Shown here: piece after piece, positions 45,957-54,358 of the stretch
Numbering within the stretch: position 1 is the first letter of the stretch
How the letters are laid out: every line of letters starts with the position of its first letter
From: Candidatus Omnitrophota bacterium
Lineage (GTDB): Bacteria; Omnitrophota; Gorgyraeia; Zapsychrales; Zapsychraceae
NCBI GenBank assembly: GCA_028280285.1
Contig: JANQMA010000011.1
Coordinates: forward strand, 58,520-122,519
Reading direction: 5' to 3'
DNA length: 64,000 bases
Translations under genes and position numbers: made by a program
Notes under the pieces: model-generated
Databases searched by the model: none
What the model was told of the DNA's origin: nothing
What the model saw: only the letters and a program-made list of their open reading frames with translations

Positions 45957-47312
45957 TTAATAGAGAACGTCAAATTCCGGGCGGAATTCCTTGGGGTCTT
46001 TTTCATAGACAAATTGGCTGGTGGCCTCATCAAAGTCCTGTATCTTGGGAACGACCAGGTCGTCACTAATGCAGGTGTCGCTATTTTCGGCATAATACTG
46101 TATTTCTTCAGAAAAACTGTTCAGAATACTTTGCGACACGATAGAGGCTTGTTGGGGGAGAAAACAACGTGTTTGCTGGGTACACCGCCCACTGATATCA
46201 CGAATCATATCAATATCATTCTGCGAGCCCTTCCCGTTTCTCAGATTCTCAAAATGCTCCATAATATTGCGTGTGCCCGAATTGCAAGGAATACATTGCC
46301 CGCAGCTTGAGACAGCTAAAAATTTGGTCATCATCCATGCGATCTCGCACATGGAACGGTCTGCGTCATAGACAATAAATCCGGCGGAACCCAAACCAAT
46401 CCCTGCATTGCGCAATGTCCCGAAATCAATTTTCAGATCAAAATGCTCAGGCAGCATCATACGATTAGACATACCTGATAAAATGGCCTTAAATTCCTTA
46501 TCGCCGCGCGGGCCGCCGCCGATATCGTATAATAATTGTCTTACAGTTAACCCCGTCTCCACCTCATACATCCCGGGGTTTTTCACATCACCCGATAAAG
46601 TAAAAATAACAGTGCCGGGGGTGTCTTCGGTCCCCATTGAGGTAAACCATTCGGCACCATTTTGAATAATTTTAGGAACATGACTTAAGGTTTCACAATT
46701 ATTAACAACCGTTGGATTAGTTTCCGTGGCATTCACGCCAACACCGACCATAAACGGCGGGAAAAAACGTGGCATGGGCTGACGACCATCAATGGATTCT
46801 AATAAACCCTTTTCTTCACCTAATAAATAATCGTCCGGACCAAGATGTATTTGAAGAAAACCTTTTTCGACAACACCCTGCTGCTCAAATTCACGCAGCG
46901 CTTGCTCAAGACGGGCTACCGTTGATTTAAATTTATCTTTTGTTCCAAGAATCGCCTGCTTGGCGCCAATGGCATAAGCCCCGATCAACATCCCTTCAAA
47001 AACAAGATAAGGATTTTTACCGATTAAATAACGGTCTTTATAGGTGCCCGGCTCGCCCTCCGCCATATTACACACAAGATATTTCTTTTCATCTGGAGTA
47101 GCGCGGACCCCGGCCCATTTGATCGCCGCCGGAAAACCAGCTCCGCCGCGACCACGTAGGTTTGCCGCTTTAATCTCGGCAATCACATCATTAGGATCCA
47201 TGGCGCGTGCTTTTTTAAGCGCTTCAAGACCGCCCTGGGCTATGTATTCTTTAATATTCTTAAGTGGCTTTAAATCTTCCGGCAGTAAATTCCGTTTTTC
47301 GAGAGGATGCAT
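45957..47312 (-). CDS. NuoF-like (respiratory complex I 51-kDa family) NAD(H)-binding FMN/Fe-S flavoprotein, stand-alone
   Basis: GRGGAGFPAAIKW FMN/NADH motif and C-terminal CGQCIPC 4Fe-4S motif. ATG at 47312 is preferred; the ORF-track TTG start is at 47324. Confidence 0.75.
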   Translation of the reverse strand: MHPLEKRNLLPEDLKPLKNIKEYIAQGGLEALKKARAMDPNDVIAEIKAANLRGRGGAGFPAAIKWAGVRATPDEKKYLVCNMAEGEPGTYKDRYLIGKNPYLVFEGMLIGAYAIGAKQAILGTKDKFKSTVARLEQALREFEQQGVVEKGFLQIHLGPDDYLLGEEKGLLESIDGRQPMPRFFPPFMVGVGVNATETNPTVVNNCETLSHVPKIIQNGAEWFTSMGTEDTPGTVIFTLSGDVKNPGMYEVETGLTVRQLLYDIGGGPRGDKEFKAILSGMSNRMMLPEHFDLKIDFGTLRNAGIGLGSAGFIVYDADRSMCEIAWMMTKFLAVSSCGQCIPCNSGTRNIMEHFENLRNGKGSQNDIDMIRDISGRCTQQTRCFLPQQASIVSQSILNSFSEEIQYYAENSDTCISDDLVVPKIQDFDEATSQFVYEKDPKEFRPEFDVLY

Positions 47313-47338
47313 ATCTTGCTCCAAAATAATTTAAAAAT

Positions 47339-47411
47339 CGTACTTCGTACTTAGAACTTCGTACCTCGTGGATTACGATGTACTAAGTACGATGTGCGAA
47401 GTACGACTGTA
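47339..47411. repeat. Palindromic repeat family R3 (GTACTTAG / CTAAGTAC modules), copy 1
   Basis: cgtacttcgtacttagaacttcgtacc ... gatgtactaagtacgatgtgcgaagtacg, imperfect inverted repeats. Related copy at ~59582-59655. Confidence 0.5.
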
Positions 47412-47465
47412 TTAATTTAATTATATAATACTCACTTTTCGACCTATGACAAATGATATTTAATA

Positions 47466-47531
47466 AATTGGTGACAGGCACTTATTTTCAAAAAACAAAT
47501 TGGTGATGAAAATAAGTGCCTGTCACCAATT
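47466..47531 (+). promoter_or_regulatory. Perfect 23-bp inverted repeat (20-nt spacer) in the 5' leader of the ZIP transporter gene
   Basis: aattggtgacaggcacttatttt ... aaaataagtgcctgtcaccaatt, followed by tttta ~20 nt before the ATG at 47553. A TATAAT sits ~40 nt upstream of it at ~47424. Confidence 0.5.
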
Positions 47532-47552
47532 TTATGTTATGATGATTGCATT

Positions 47553-48329
47553 ATGGGCACAATGACTCTCATTTACTGGGCACTTGTGACCGGTGTTTTA
47601 AGCGCGCTGGCAACCGGCCTCGGAGCAATCCCTGTTAAATTCTTGAAGGAAGACTCACACAAGGTCCGCGGCATGGCTTCGGCGATTGCCGCCGGGATGA
47701 TGATTTCCGCGTCCGTCTTTTCGCTCGCCCAAGAAGGCATTGCCCTAGAAGCCAAAATCCCCTTTTCTCCTTATATTGTCATTATCGGTTTATTGTTGGG
47801 GGCTGCTTTTTTTCATTGGTCAGAACGGTTTTTGGATGAACCTGATATTACAAAGTTTTATACAAAACAAGGGTTTAGCCGTAAAGGATTTCTGATTTTC
47901 ATTGCGATGTTTATTCATTCCATCCCCGAAGGGATTGCCATCGGTGTGGCCTTTGCCACCGATAATCTCACCTTTGGTTTGACCATGGCAATCGCGATTG
48001 CTGTGCACAATATCCCGGAAGGGATCGCCATTTCTCTACCTCTTAAGGCCGAAGGGATCAGCACACCCAAATGTGCCTGGATTTCCATTCTCACAAGTGT
48101 TCCACAACCGGTCATGGCTGTGCCCGCGGCTGTGCTCGCCTGGTTTTTTGAGCCACTTCTACCGATCGGCTTAGGCTTTGCCGGCGGAGCCATGATTTAT
48201 CTGACTATTTCTGAGTTAATTCCTGATGCGTTTGAAGAGGGTGGCCACCAGTTAACTGCCTGGGGCGTTATGATTGGTTTGTGCGGGATGCTTCTTATTA
48301 CAACACTGCTTAATTTGATTCCTTATTAA
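47553..48329 (+). CDS. zupT: ZIP-family divalent metal transporter (ZupT-like)
   Basis: 258 aa, 8 TM helices. HSIPEGIAIG and HNIPEGIAIS metal-binding motifs. Confidence 0.8.
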   Translation: MGTMTLIYWALVTGVLSALATGLGAIPVKFLKEDSHKVRGMASAIAAGMMISASVFSLAQEGIALEAKIPFSPYIVIIGLLLGAAFFHWSERFLDEPDITKFYTKQGFSRKGFLIFIAMFIHSIPEGIAIGVAFATDNLTFGLTMAIAIAVHNIPEGIAISLPLKAEGISTPKCAWISILTSVPQPVMAVPAAVLAWFFEPLLPIGLGFAGGAMIYLTISELIPDAFEEGGHQLTAWGVMIGLCGMLLITTLLNLIPY

Positions 48330-48360
48330 AAAAGGGCGGCCACAAGGGCCGCCCCTACGA

Positions 48361-48855
48361 TCACTCCACCGACACAACTGTCACATCAAAGTTCAACACC
48401 TTACCGGCCAGTGGATGATTAAAACTGACAACAACTGTTGTTTCTTTCACTTCCGTCACAACAGCTGGAACAGGCTTTCCTTCAGGATCATTAAACTGCA
48501 AAATCATTCCAACAGACACTTGAAAATCTTCAGGGAATTGCTCCATAGGAAGTTCCGTAAAGGCATCGGGATTAACTGCACCATAGGCGTCTTCTGGTTG
48601 AAGGGTGACCTTCTTTGAATCGCCTGGTTCTAGACCCAACAAGGCATTTTCAAGCCCGGGGATGATTTGACCTGATCCGTGCACATATTCCAAAGGTGTT
48701 TTACCCGATGTTGTGTCAAGCACCTCGCCTTCGACTGTTAAGACATAATCAAACTTAACTGTTTTTCCTTCCTCAATCTTTGCTGCCAACGCCGACGAAC
48801 TTAACGCAAAAATTAAACCGGCACTCACTGCAACACCCTTAAGAATAGATTTCAT
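48361..48855 (-). CDS. Periplasmic FKBP-type peptidyl-prolyl cis-trans isomerase
   Basis: Signal peptide, then FKBP fold pattern (VKFDYVLTVEGEVLDTT...IIPGLENALLGLEPGD). Confidence 0.75.
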   Translation of the reverse strand: MKSILKGVAVSAGLIFALSSSALAAKIEEGKTVKFDYVLTVEGEVLDTTSGKTPLEYVHGSGQIIPGLENALLGLEPGDSKKVTLQPEDAYGAVNPDAFTELPMEQFPEDFQVSVGMILQFNDPEGKPVPAVVTEVKETTVVVSFNHPLAGKVLNFDVTVVSVE

Positions 48856-48924
48856 AACAATCCCCTTTACGGATAGTAGATTAATGTATAGCTCACCATA
48901 CGCGGTTGTTGGAAGTTTGTCAAA

Positions 48925-49941
48925 TTAAAACGCCTTCTGCCAACCAATGGTTGTAGTCAAGTCCGTCATCAACTGCGGGCCCTCCGCGTGAATATACGCA
49001 GGAAAACCGATTTCTAAAGCCAGACGGTGATCCTTAAAGATTCCTGAGGGAATCACGATATTAGTTCCAAACAAAAGATCCAAACGCTCATGTGCATAAT
49101 TATTAGGATCTGCGGTTGGAACCATACTAGCATTTAATTGATGATCACGTCCACGGATATGTCCGCGCTTGGTCGCGTTAACACGGAAAGACGTGCTGAA
49201 CCAATCAAGCCACTCATAGGCAATCCATGTCGTTAACCGGTACTCATTACCCAGCGTATACTTGTGTTCATTACGCCCATTACGTACAACGGAGCTGACT
49301 TGCGTGCCCCAGTTCCATTTGTCGTGTGTATCACTATAGGTAAGCCCCGGAAGCAGATCAAATGTGCCTGAACCAAGCTGCATCGGATATGGCAATTTTC
49401 GATCAGGCCCCATTAATGTCGCATCACGTTCACCAATCGAACCAGTCGGCATGCTTACTCCGAAATTAAACTGAACCTTTTTATTTAAGTATCTTTCCAA
49501 AGAAAACATCCCAGTTAATTTAAGGTCCCCAATGCCTTCGGTCCTTGTAGTGAAGGTTTTGCCATCTGTCCGGCGGACATGCGACATGGATTTAAAATGA
49601 TAAGGAAGCATAGCCATTAACGTCACCTCATCAGTGAGACCATACATCATTCCAACCATGTGCATATGCATATTCATCTTCGTTGGAGCAATCATAAATT
49701 CGTTATGCACTGACTCCTTTGATATATTTTTTGAGCCGGCATAAAGTTCGTCCATATCCATATACATATGTCGGTAAGAGACCATCCACTCCCCTTGTTT
49801 ATGCATATGATCGGCCATCACACCGATCGGCGCATGACCGGTAGGCGAAGCATGACCTTCATGTCCTGCATGAACTGCACCGGCACTAGCATTAAAAGCC
49901 AAAGTTAATAAAAACAAAAATGTTAAGAATAATTTTTTCAT
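48925..49941 (-). CDS. Outer-membrane beta-barrel protein with His/Met-rich N-terminal region (CopB-like?)
   Basis: In-frame ATG gives MKKLFLTFLFLLTLAFNASAGA, a signal peptide. Followed by HAGHEGHASPTGHAPIGVMADHMHKQ and alternating amphipathic strands. C-terminal ...GWQKAF ends in Phe. The ORF-track N-terminal extension to 50079 is probably spurious. Confidence 0.5.
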   Translation of the reverse strand: MKKLFLTFLFLLTLAFNASAGAVHAGHEGHASPTGHAPIGVMADHMHKQGEWMVSYRHMYMDMDELYAGSKNISKESVHNEFMIAPTKMNMHMHMVGMMYGLTDEVTLMAMLPYHFKSMSHVRRTDGKTFTTRTEGIGDLKLTGMFSLERYLNKKVQFNFGVSMPTGSIGERDATLMGPDRKLPYPMQLGSGTFDLLPGLTYSDTHDKWNWGTQVSSVVRNGRNEHKYTLGNEYRLTTWIAYEWLDWFSTSFRVNATKRGHIRGRDHQLNASMVPTADPNNYAHERLDLLFGTNIVIPSGIFKDHRLALEIGFPAYIHAEGPQLMTDLTTTIGWQKAF

Positions 49942-50147
49942 AATATTGATAGAACAATGGGTAAAATCATTGTTCAACCTTTCTATATATTGGAAATTGA
50001 AATTACATAAGTATTTCGGTATTCGGTATCGATGCCCGTATCGGTTTTCGGTTGCGTTAAGCGTGTTGTATAACGACAACCGTTAACCGAACATACGAAA
50101 CGGGCTTCGCAACCGTAACCGAAAAACGTTACCGGTTTATGTATTTA

Positions 50148-50510
50148 TTATGAAGTGATAGGAACGTGCTCGATGGAAGGATAACTGCCTTCTTGTTTAA
50201 CAAGAACATGAAACAAAGAAAATAATAAAAACCGATGTGGGTGCGCACTTTGTTGTTTCTGCGCCATAATAAACTGTGGTGAACCGGCCTTATCTGTTTG
50301 CATAGGTGTATGTTGAGGTGCGGTTGCAACAAACGCAATGCCATCAATGGCTTGATGTTTTTTAATAAGCGCCTGCGTACATAGACAAATCGCCCGTCGG
50401 CCACCACACAGATTAGCTTCTTGCGCAACTTTAATGTAAATACCCAGCGGAAAAATCCATAGAAGGAAAGCGGCACACACACAAAGAGTAAGAAATTTAA
50501 AACCTGACAT
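50148..50510 (-). CDS. Hypothetical small membrane/secreted protein (doubtful)
   Basis: 120 aa with an N-terminal hydrophobic segment. An ORF in another frame overlaps it. No recognisable family. Confidence 0.2.
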   Translation of the reverse strand: MSGFKFLTLCVCAAFLLWIFPLGIYIKVAQEANLCGGRRAICLCTQALIKKHQAIDGIAFVATAPQHTPMQTDKAGSPQFIMAQKQQSAHPHRFLLFSLFHVLVKQEGSYPSIEHVPITS

Positions 50511-50555
50511 AAGAGCTTACTTATAACAAAAAGAAGACTTGAGGTAAAGAAAAAT

Positions 50556-51263
50556 TTATTGTCCCTTAGGTTTATGTAGAAGCTTCCACGGATTGTTTTT
50601 CAAATCCTGGCTCATTTCCTCCAAATTAACACTTAAGCCGTGCATATGGGTCACAAGATCATCAATCTTTTGTTTATTCACTTCAAGACGCTCATCCGCA
50701 TTATTAAAAAACGACGACATTTTTGTCATGGTTGTATCCATCTGCGCCAAAATATTATCAATATGATCTTTGTTTTTGGTTAGACGCTCATTAAGGTTTT
50801 GCATAATGCCTTTTATATCGCCGGCAATGATCTTGCCTTCTTTAACAAGCTCTTCAATACTTTGCGGTTCGGTTCCGGCAATAACGGCTCCTTCAACAAG
50901 CTCAGCGGCCCCGGTATCGCCCGACTCAAGGCCAATATATTTCTCCCCCATAAACCCTAAATTCTTAACATGGGCCGTCGCGCCTTCACGCAAAACAGCA
51001 TCCGATTGCAGCCATAAGGTCAGCTCCATCGCCACATCATCGGCGATTTCCATAATCTGAATATCCTGAACGATTCCAACCTCATACCCATTATACATAA
51101 CAGGAGAATTCATATTAACACCGTCGATGTTTTTAAAATGAACTTTTATGATATACCCATCGCTCTTAAAAGCAAACTTTCCCGTCTGGAATGTCAGTAT
51201 GCCGAGTGCCGTTAAGACAATCGCTACCATAATTCCTACTTTGGTTTCTTTATTCAGTGCCAT
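50556..51263 (-). CDS. mlaD: MlaD (MCE-domain) periplasmic component of phospholipid ABC transport system
   Basis: 235 aa. N-terminal TM anchor and MCE-domain pattern (VHFKNIDGVNMNSPVMYNGYEVGIVQDI). Confidence 0.75.
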   Translation of the reverse strand: MALNKETKVGIMVAIVLTALGILTFQTGKFAFKSDGYIIKVHFKNIDGVNMNSPVMYNGYEVGIVQDIQIMEIADDVAMELTLWLQSDAVLREGATAHVKNLGFMGEKYIGLESGDTGAAELVEGAVIAGTEPQSIEELVKEGKIIAGDIKGIMQNLNERLTKNKDHIDNILAQMDTTMTKMSSFFNNADERLEVNKQKIDDLVTHMHGLSVNLEEMSQDLKNNPWKLLHKPKGQ

Positions 51264-51311
51264 AACTTGCTCCTTTTTAAAAGATAGGGATTTATCCCTC
51301 TAACCCTATTT

Positions 51312-52082
51312 TCAATTAATCTGTATAGGTCCCTCAATTTCTCCATTGATAAACTGCTTCACAATGGGATCAGTCGAATTTTTAATTTCTTCGGGCGTTG
51401 CGATCTGTAAAATTTTCCCCTTATAAATCATCGCCATACGATCCGCTATTTTAAACGCGCTTTCCATGTGGTGCGTCACGACAATAGAAGTTAAATTTAA
51501 CTTTTTCGTCAAATCTAAAATCAGTTTATCCACATGCGAACAAACAACCGGATCAAGCCCGGCCGAAGGCTCGTCATAAAACACAATCTCGGGATCCATG
51601 GCAATGGCGCGGGCCAGGCCCACACGTTTTTTCATCCCCCCGGATATTTGACTTGGATAAAGATGCTCAAATCCCTGCAAGCCAACCAAACTCAACTTCA
51701 TTTTGGCAATAATCCCGATAATCTTTTCATCCAAATTTGTATGCTCCCTTAAAGGCAGACTCACATTTTCCTCAACGGTTAAAAAATCAAGCAGGGCTGA
51801 GGATTGAAAACTCATCCCAAAACGCCGTTTGACTTTTTCGCGTTCCTCCTCATTCAAATCGCCAATATTATTATCATTAAAATATATCTGCCCTGAAGTC
51901 GCTTTCACACCTCCGGTCATAATCCTGAGCAATGTGCTCTTCCCGCTTCCCGAGCCTCCCATAATGACAAATGTCTCTCCTTTATAAATATCAAGCGAAA
52001 CATCATCAAGAACTTTACGCTCATCATCAAATATTTTCACAATGTTTTTGACGGATATTGCAATGTCTTTATGTTCGCTCAT
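51312..52082 (-). CDS. mlaF: MlaF ABC transporter ATP-binding protein
   Basis: Walker A GGSGSGKST, signature ISGGMKKRVGLARA, 256 aa. Confidence 0.8.
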   Translation of the reverse strand: MSEHKDIAISVKNIVKIFDDERKVLDDVSLDIYKGETFVIMGGSGSGKSTLLRIMTGGVKATSGQIYFNDNNIGDLNEEEREKVKRRFGMSFQSSALLDFLTVEENVSLPLREHTNLDEKIIGIIAKMKLSLVGLQGFEHLYPSQISGGMKKRVGLARAIAMDPEIVFYDEPSAGLDPVVCSHVDKLILDLTKKLNLTSIVVTHHMESAFKIADRMAMIYKGKILQIATPEEIKNSTDPIVKQFINGEIEGPIQIN

Positions 52083-52084
52083 AA

Positions 52085-52882
52085 CTAAAAGTCCGAAAAG
52101 AAAAAGATGCCGGTTAATATGGCATCCGCAATAATAATTAATATAAAACTGGTGACGACACTGACTGTTGTCGCCTGCCCTACCCCAACAGCCCCGCCAC
52201 GCGTCTTAAGCCCCTGATATGCACCGACGAGAACAATAATAATGGCAAACACGACCGATTTGACTAAGCCAGTATAAATATCGGCTAAGGCTAAAAATTT
52301 GATCGCCGTCTGCCAATAAAGTCCGCTGTTAATATTTAGATTAAACACTCCGATCGCATAACCGCCGAATATCCCGGAAAAATCCCCGACAACCGTCAGA
52401 CACGGCAGCATAATGACAAGTGAAACAAGTTTCGGGACAACCAAAAACCGCACCGGATCAATGGCCATGGTATCAAGTGCTTCGAGCTGCTCATTAACTT
52501 TCATCGAACCGATCTCGGCCGTAATCGCCGCGCCAATCCTGCCGGCAATAACAAGCGCCGTTAAAACAGGACCCAACTCACGACAAATCGAGACAGTCAC
52601 AAGCCCCGCGACATAAAAGACCCCGCCCATTTTCTCAAGCTGCGGGGCCGACTGCATCGCCAGAACAACGCCGGTGAAAAACGTCACAAAAAAAACGATA
52701 ATGATCGAATGAATCCCCATGTAGACCATTTGATCAACAACGGCCTTGGGGTTGATGGGTTTCTTTCGAAAGGGACCAATACAAATCCAATAGATTGTGG
52801 CAAACATCAGCTGGCAAAATTCAAAGAAAACTGTAATCCAGCCGTATATCGCTCGCCCAATCTTTTCGAAAAATAAGATCAT
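52085..52882 (-). CDS. mlaE: MlaE ABC transporter permease
   Basis: 265 aa, 5-6 TM helices. MlaE/YrbE family pattern. Confidence 0.8.
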   Translation of the reverse strand: MILFFEKIGRAIYGWITVFFEFCQLMFATIYWICIGPFRKKPINPKAVVDQMVYMGIHSIIIVFFVTFFTGVVLAMQSAPQLEKMGGVFYVAGLVTVSICRELGPVLTALVIAGRIGAAITAEIGSMKVNEQLEALDTMAIDPVRFLVVPKLVSLVIMLPCLTVVGDFSGIFGGYAIGVFNLNINSGLYWQTAIKFLALADIYTGLVKSVVFAIIIVLVGAYQGLKTRGGAVGVGQATTVSVVTSFILIIIADAILTGIFFFSDF

Positions 52883-52895
52883 ATATTTTGATTAG

Positions 52896-53285
52896 CTACT
52901 GGCTATTTTGTGCGGTGACGAGGTCTATTGTCCGGAATAATTCTTCTATATCGACCGGCTTTATCAGATAAGCATCTGCCCCCATATCGAGGCCTATAGC
53001 AACATCCTCTTGCGCGTCACGGGAGGTTAGAAGAATGATCGGAATATGGCCGGTAGCCTCTTCTGTTTTGAGCAGACGACAGACATTATAACCGTTGATC
53101 ACCGGCATCATGACATCCAGAATGATGAGATCAGGCCCGTCATTCATGGCCTTCTGAAGTCCAACAGGGGCCTCACTACTCACATCAACAGTATACCCAT
53201 GTTCGCCAAGGCGTTTTTCCAGCATTTTGTTGATCACAGGGTCATCGTCAATCACTAATATTTGCAACGATTTACTTTCACTCAT
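52896..53285 (-). CDS. Stand-alone response-regulator receiver domain protein (CheY-like)
   Basis: 129 aa. ILVIDDD...DLIILDVMMP...LLTS...K receiver motifs. Confidence 0.75.
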   Translation of the reverse strand: MSESKSLQILVIDDDPVINKMLEKRLGEHGYTVDVSSEAPVGLQKAMNDGPDLIILDVMMPVINGYNVCRLLKTEEATGHIPIILLTSRDAQEDVAIGLDMGADAYLIKPVDIEELFRTIDLVTAQNSQ

Positions 53286-53373
53286 GGACTTATTCTATAC
53301 AGACTTTAGGCCTTAGACAAATTAAAAAACCATTTTTTGTAGATTGGTGGATTCAGATAAGTAAATGCGACCT

Positions 53374-53503
53374 CAGAATACCAGCACATCAGAAAGAGAA
53401 TTCAGAGTGTCAGATTATCAGAAAAAGATTTCTGCCTTCAGAGATCAGATTTTATCTGAATTCCTTAATCTGCGTTCTCTTTCTGATAATCTGATATTCT
53501 GGA
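53374..53503. promoter_or_regulatory. Highly structured non-coding region with nested inverted repeats upstream of the response-regulator/mlaEFD operon
   Basis: 14-bp perfect IR cagattatcagaaa / tttctgataatctg (~53411-53424 and ~53480-53493), plus gaattcaga / tctgaattc and cagaataccag / ctgatattctgg. Confidence 0.4.
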
Positions 53504-53511
53504 CTCTGTAT

Positions 53512-54285
53512 TTATGTGCGCAAGCCCACACCCTTTTTCATCAGGTATAGGTTAACTGAGGTTAGGCCTATGATAAGAAATATCAGAAGAAACAGGCTTC
53601 CCATGATGCTGACATCGGTAAAGCCGTAAAATCCGAAGCGAAAACCATTGACCATATAAAGGATCGGATTGAATTTGGAAAGATTCTGCCAAATAGCCGG
53701 TAAATTAGAAATAGAATAAAAAACCCCGCCTAAATAAATGAGCGGTGCTAAAACAAATGTCGGAAATATAGAAACATCATCAAAGGTCTTGGCAAAGATC
53801 GCATTGGTAAATCCGGCCAGAGCAAACATAGCCGCTGTTAAAACCATAAACACAAATATGATACCTAAATCACTTATCACCGGTTTAGCAAAAAATATCG
53901 ATACAGCAAATACAAGGCTCCCTGCCATGATCCCTCTTAACATGCCTCCGGCCACATACCCCGCAATAATAATTCCGTTTGGAACGGGGGATACCAAAAG
54001 CTCTTCAACACTCCGTTGGAATTTAGAACTGAAAAATGAACCAACGACATTTGTATAAGAACCGGTGATAATCGCCATCATAATCAGACCGGGAATAATA
54101 AAAGCCATATAATCGACGCCATTGATATTGTTAATCTGTCGACCAAGAAATTTACCAAAAACCAAAAAATATAAACTCTGTGTAATAACCGGTGGAAGCA
54201 TTGTTTGCGTCCAGATCCGCAGAAAGCGCGTCATCTCCTTGCGCAAGATCGTCATAAAAGCGATGTAGTTCTGTCTGATTCGCAT
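53512..54285 (-). CDS. ABC-2 family transporter permease
   Basis: 257 aa, 6 TM helices, ABC-2 type. Confidence 0.6.
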   Translation of the reverse strand: MRIRQNYIAFMTILRKEMTRFLRIWTQTMLPPVITQSLYFLVFGKFLGRQINNINGVDYMAFIIPGLIMMAIITGSYTNVVGSFFSSKFQRSVEELLVSPVPNGIIIAGYVAGGMLRGIMAGSLVFAVSIFFAKPVISDLGIIFVFMVLTAAMFALAGFTNAIFAKTFDDVSIFPTFVLAPLIYLGGVFYSISNLPAIWQNLSKFNPILYMVNGFRFGFYGFTDVSIMGSLFLLIFLIIGLTSVNLYLMKKGVGLRT

Positions 54286-54291
54286 GATAAA

Positions 54292-54357
54292 AGTTGCTGG
54301 TTGCTAGTTGCTAGCAAGTCCCCGAGCGACTAGCATCGAGCAACTAGCAACTGTTTG
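54292..54357. repeat. Intergenic palindromic repeat family R2, copy 2
   Basis: agttgctggttgctagttgctagcaag...gcgactagca...gcaactagcaactgtttg between the ABC ATPase stop and the permease start. Shares both termini and the gcgactagca core with copy 1. Confidence 0.6.
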
Positions 54358-54358
54358 T

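Noticed and set aside
50129-50482. 117-aa minus-strand ORF overlapping ORF 50148-50510 in another frame.
   Set aside because: The Arg/Lys-rich composition looks non-protein-like. If anything is coding here, the signal-peptide-bearing frame 50148-50510 is more plausible, and even that is doubtful.
53365-53550. 61-aa plus-strand ORF in the RR/ABC intergenic region.
   Set aside because: It falls entirely within the nested inverted repeats. Its codons are dictated by the palindromes, so it is treated as non-coding structure.
39651-54357. Possibility that the paired palindromic repeats (R1, R2, R3) are a CRISPR array or IS/MITE termini.
   Set aside because: Each family has only two copies, tens of kb apart. 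There are no regular spacers and no cas genes. No transposase, TIR-flanked cargo or target-site duplications are discernible. They are reported as dispersed palindromic repeats only.
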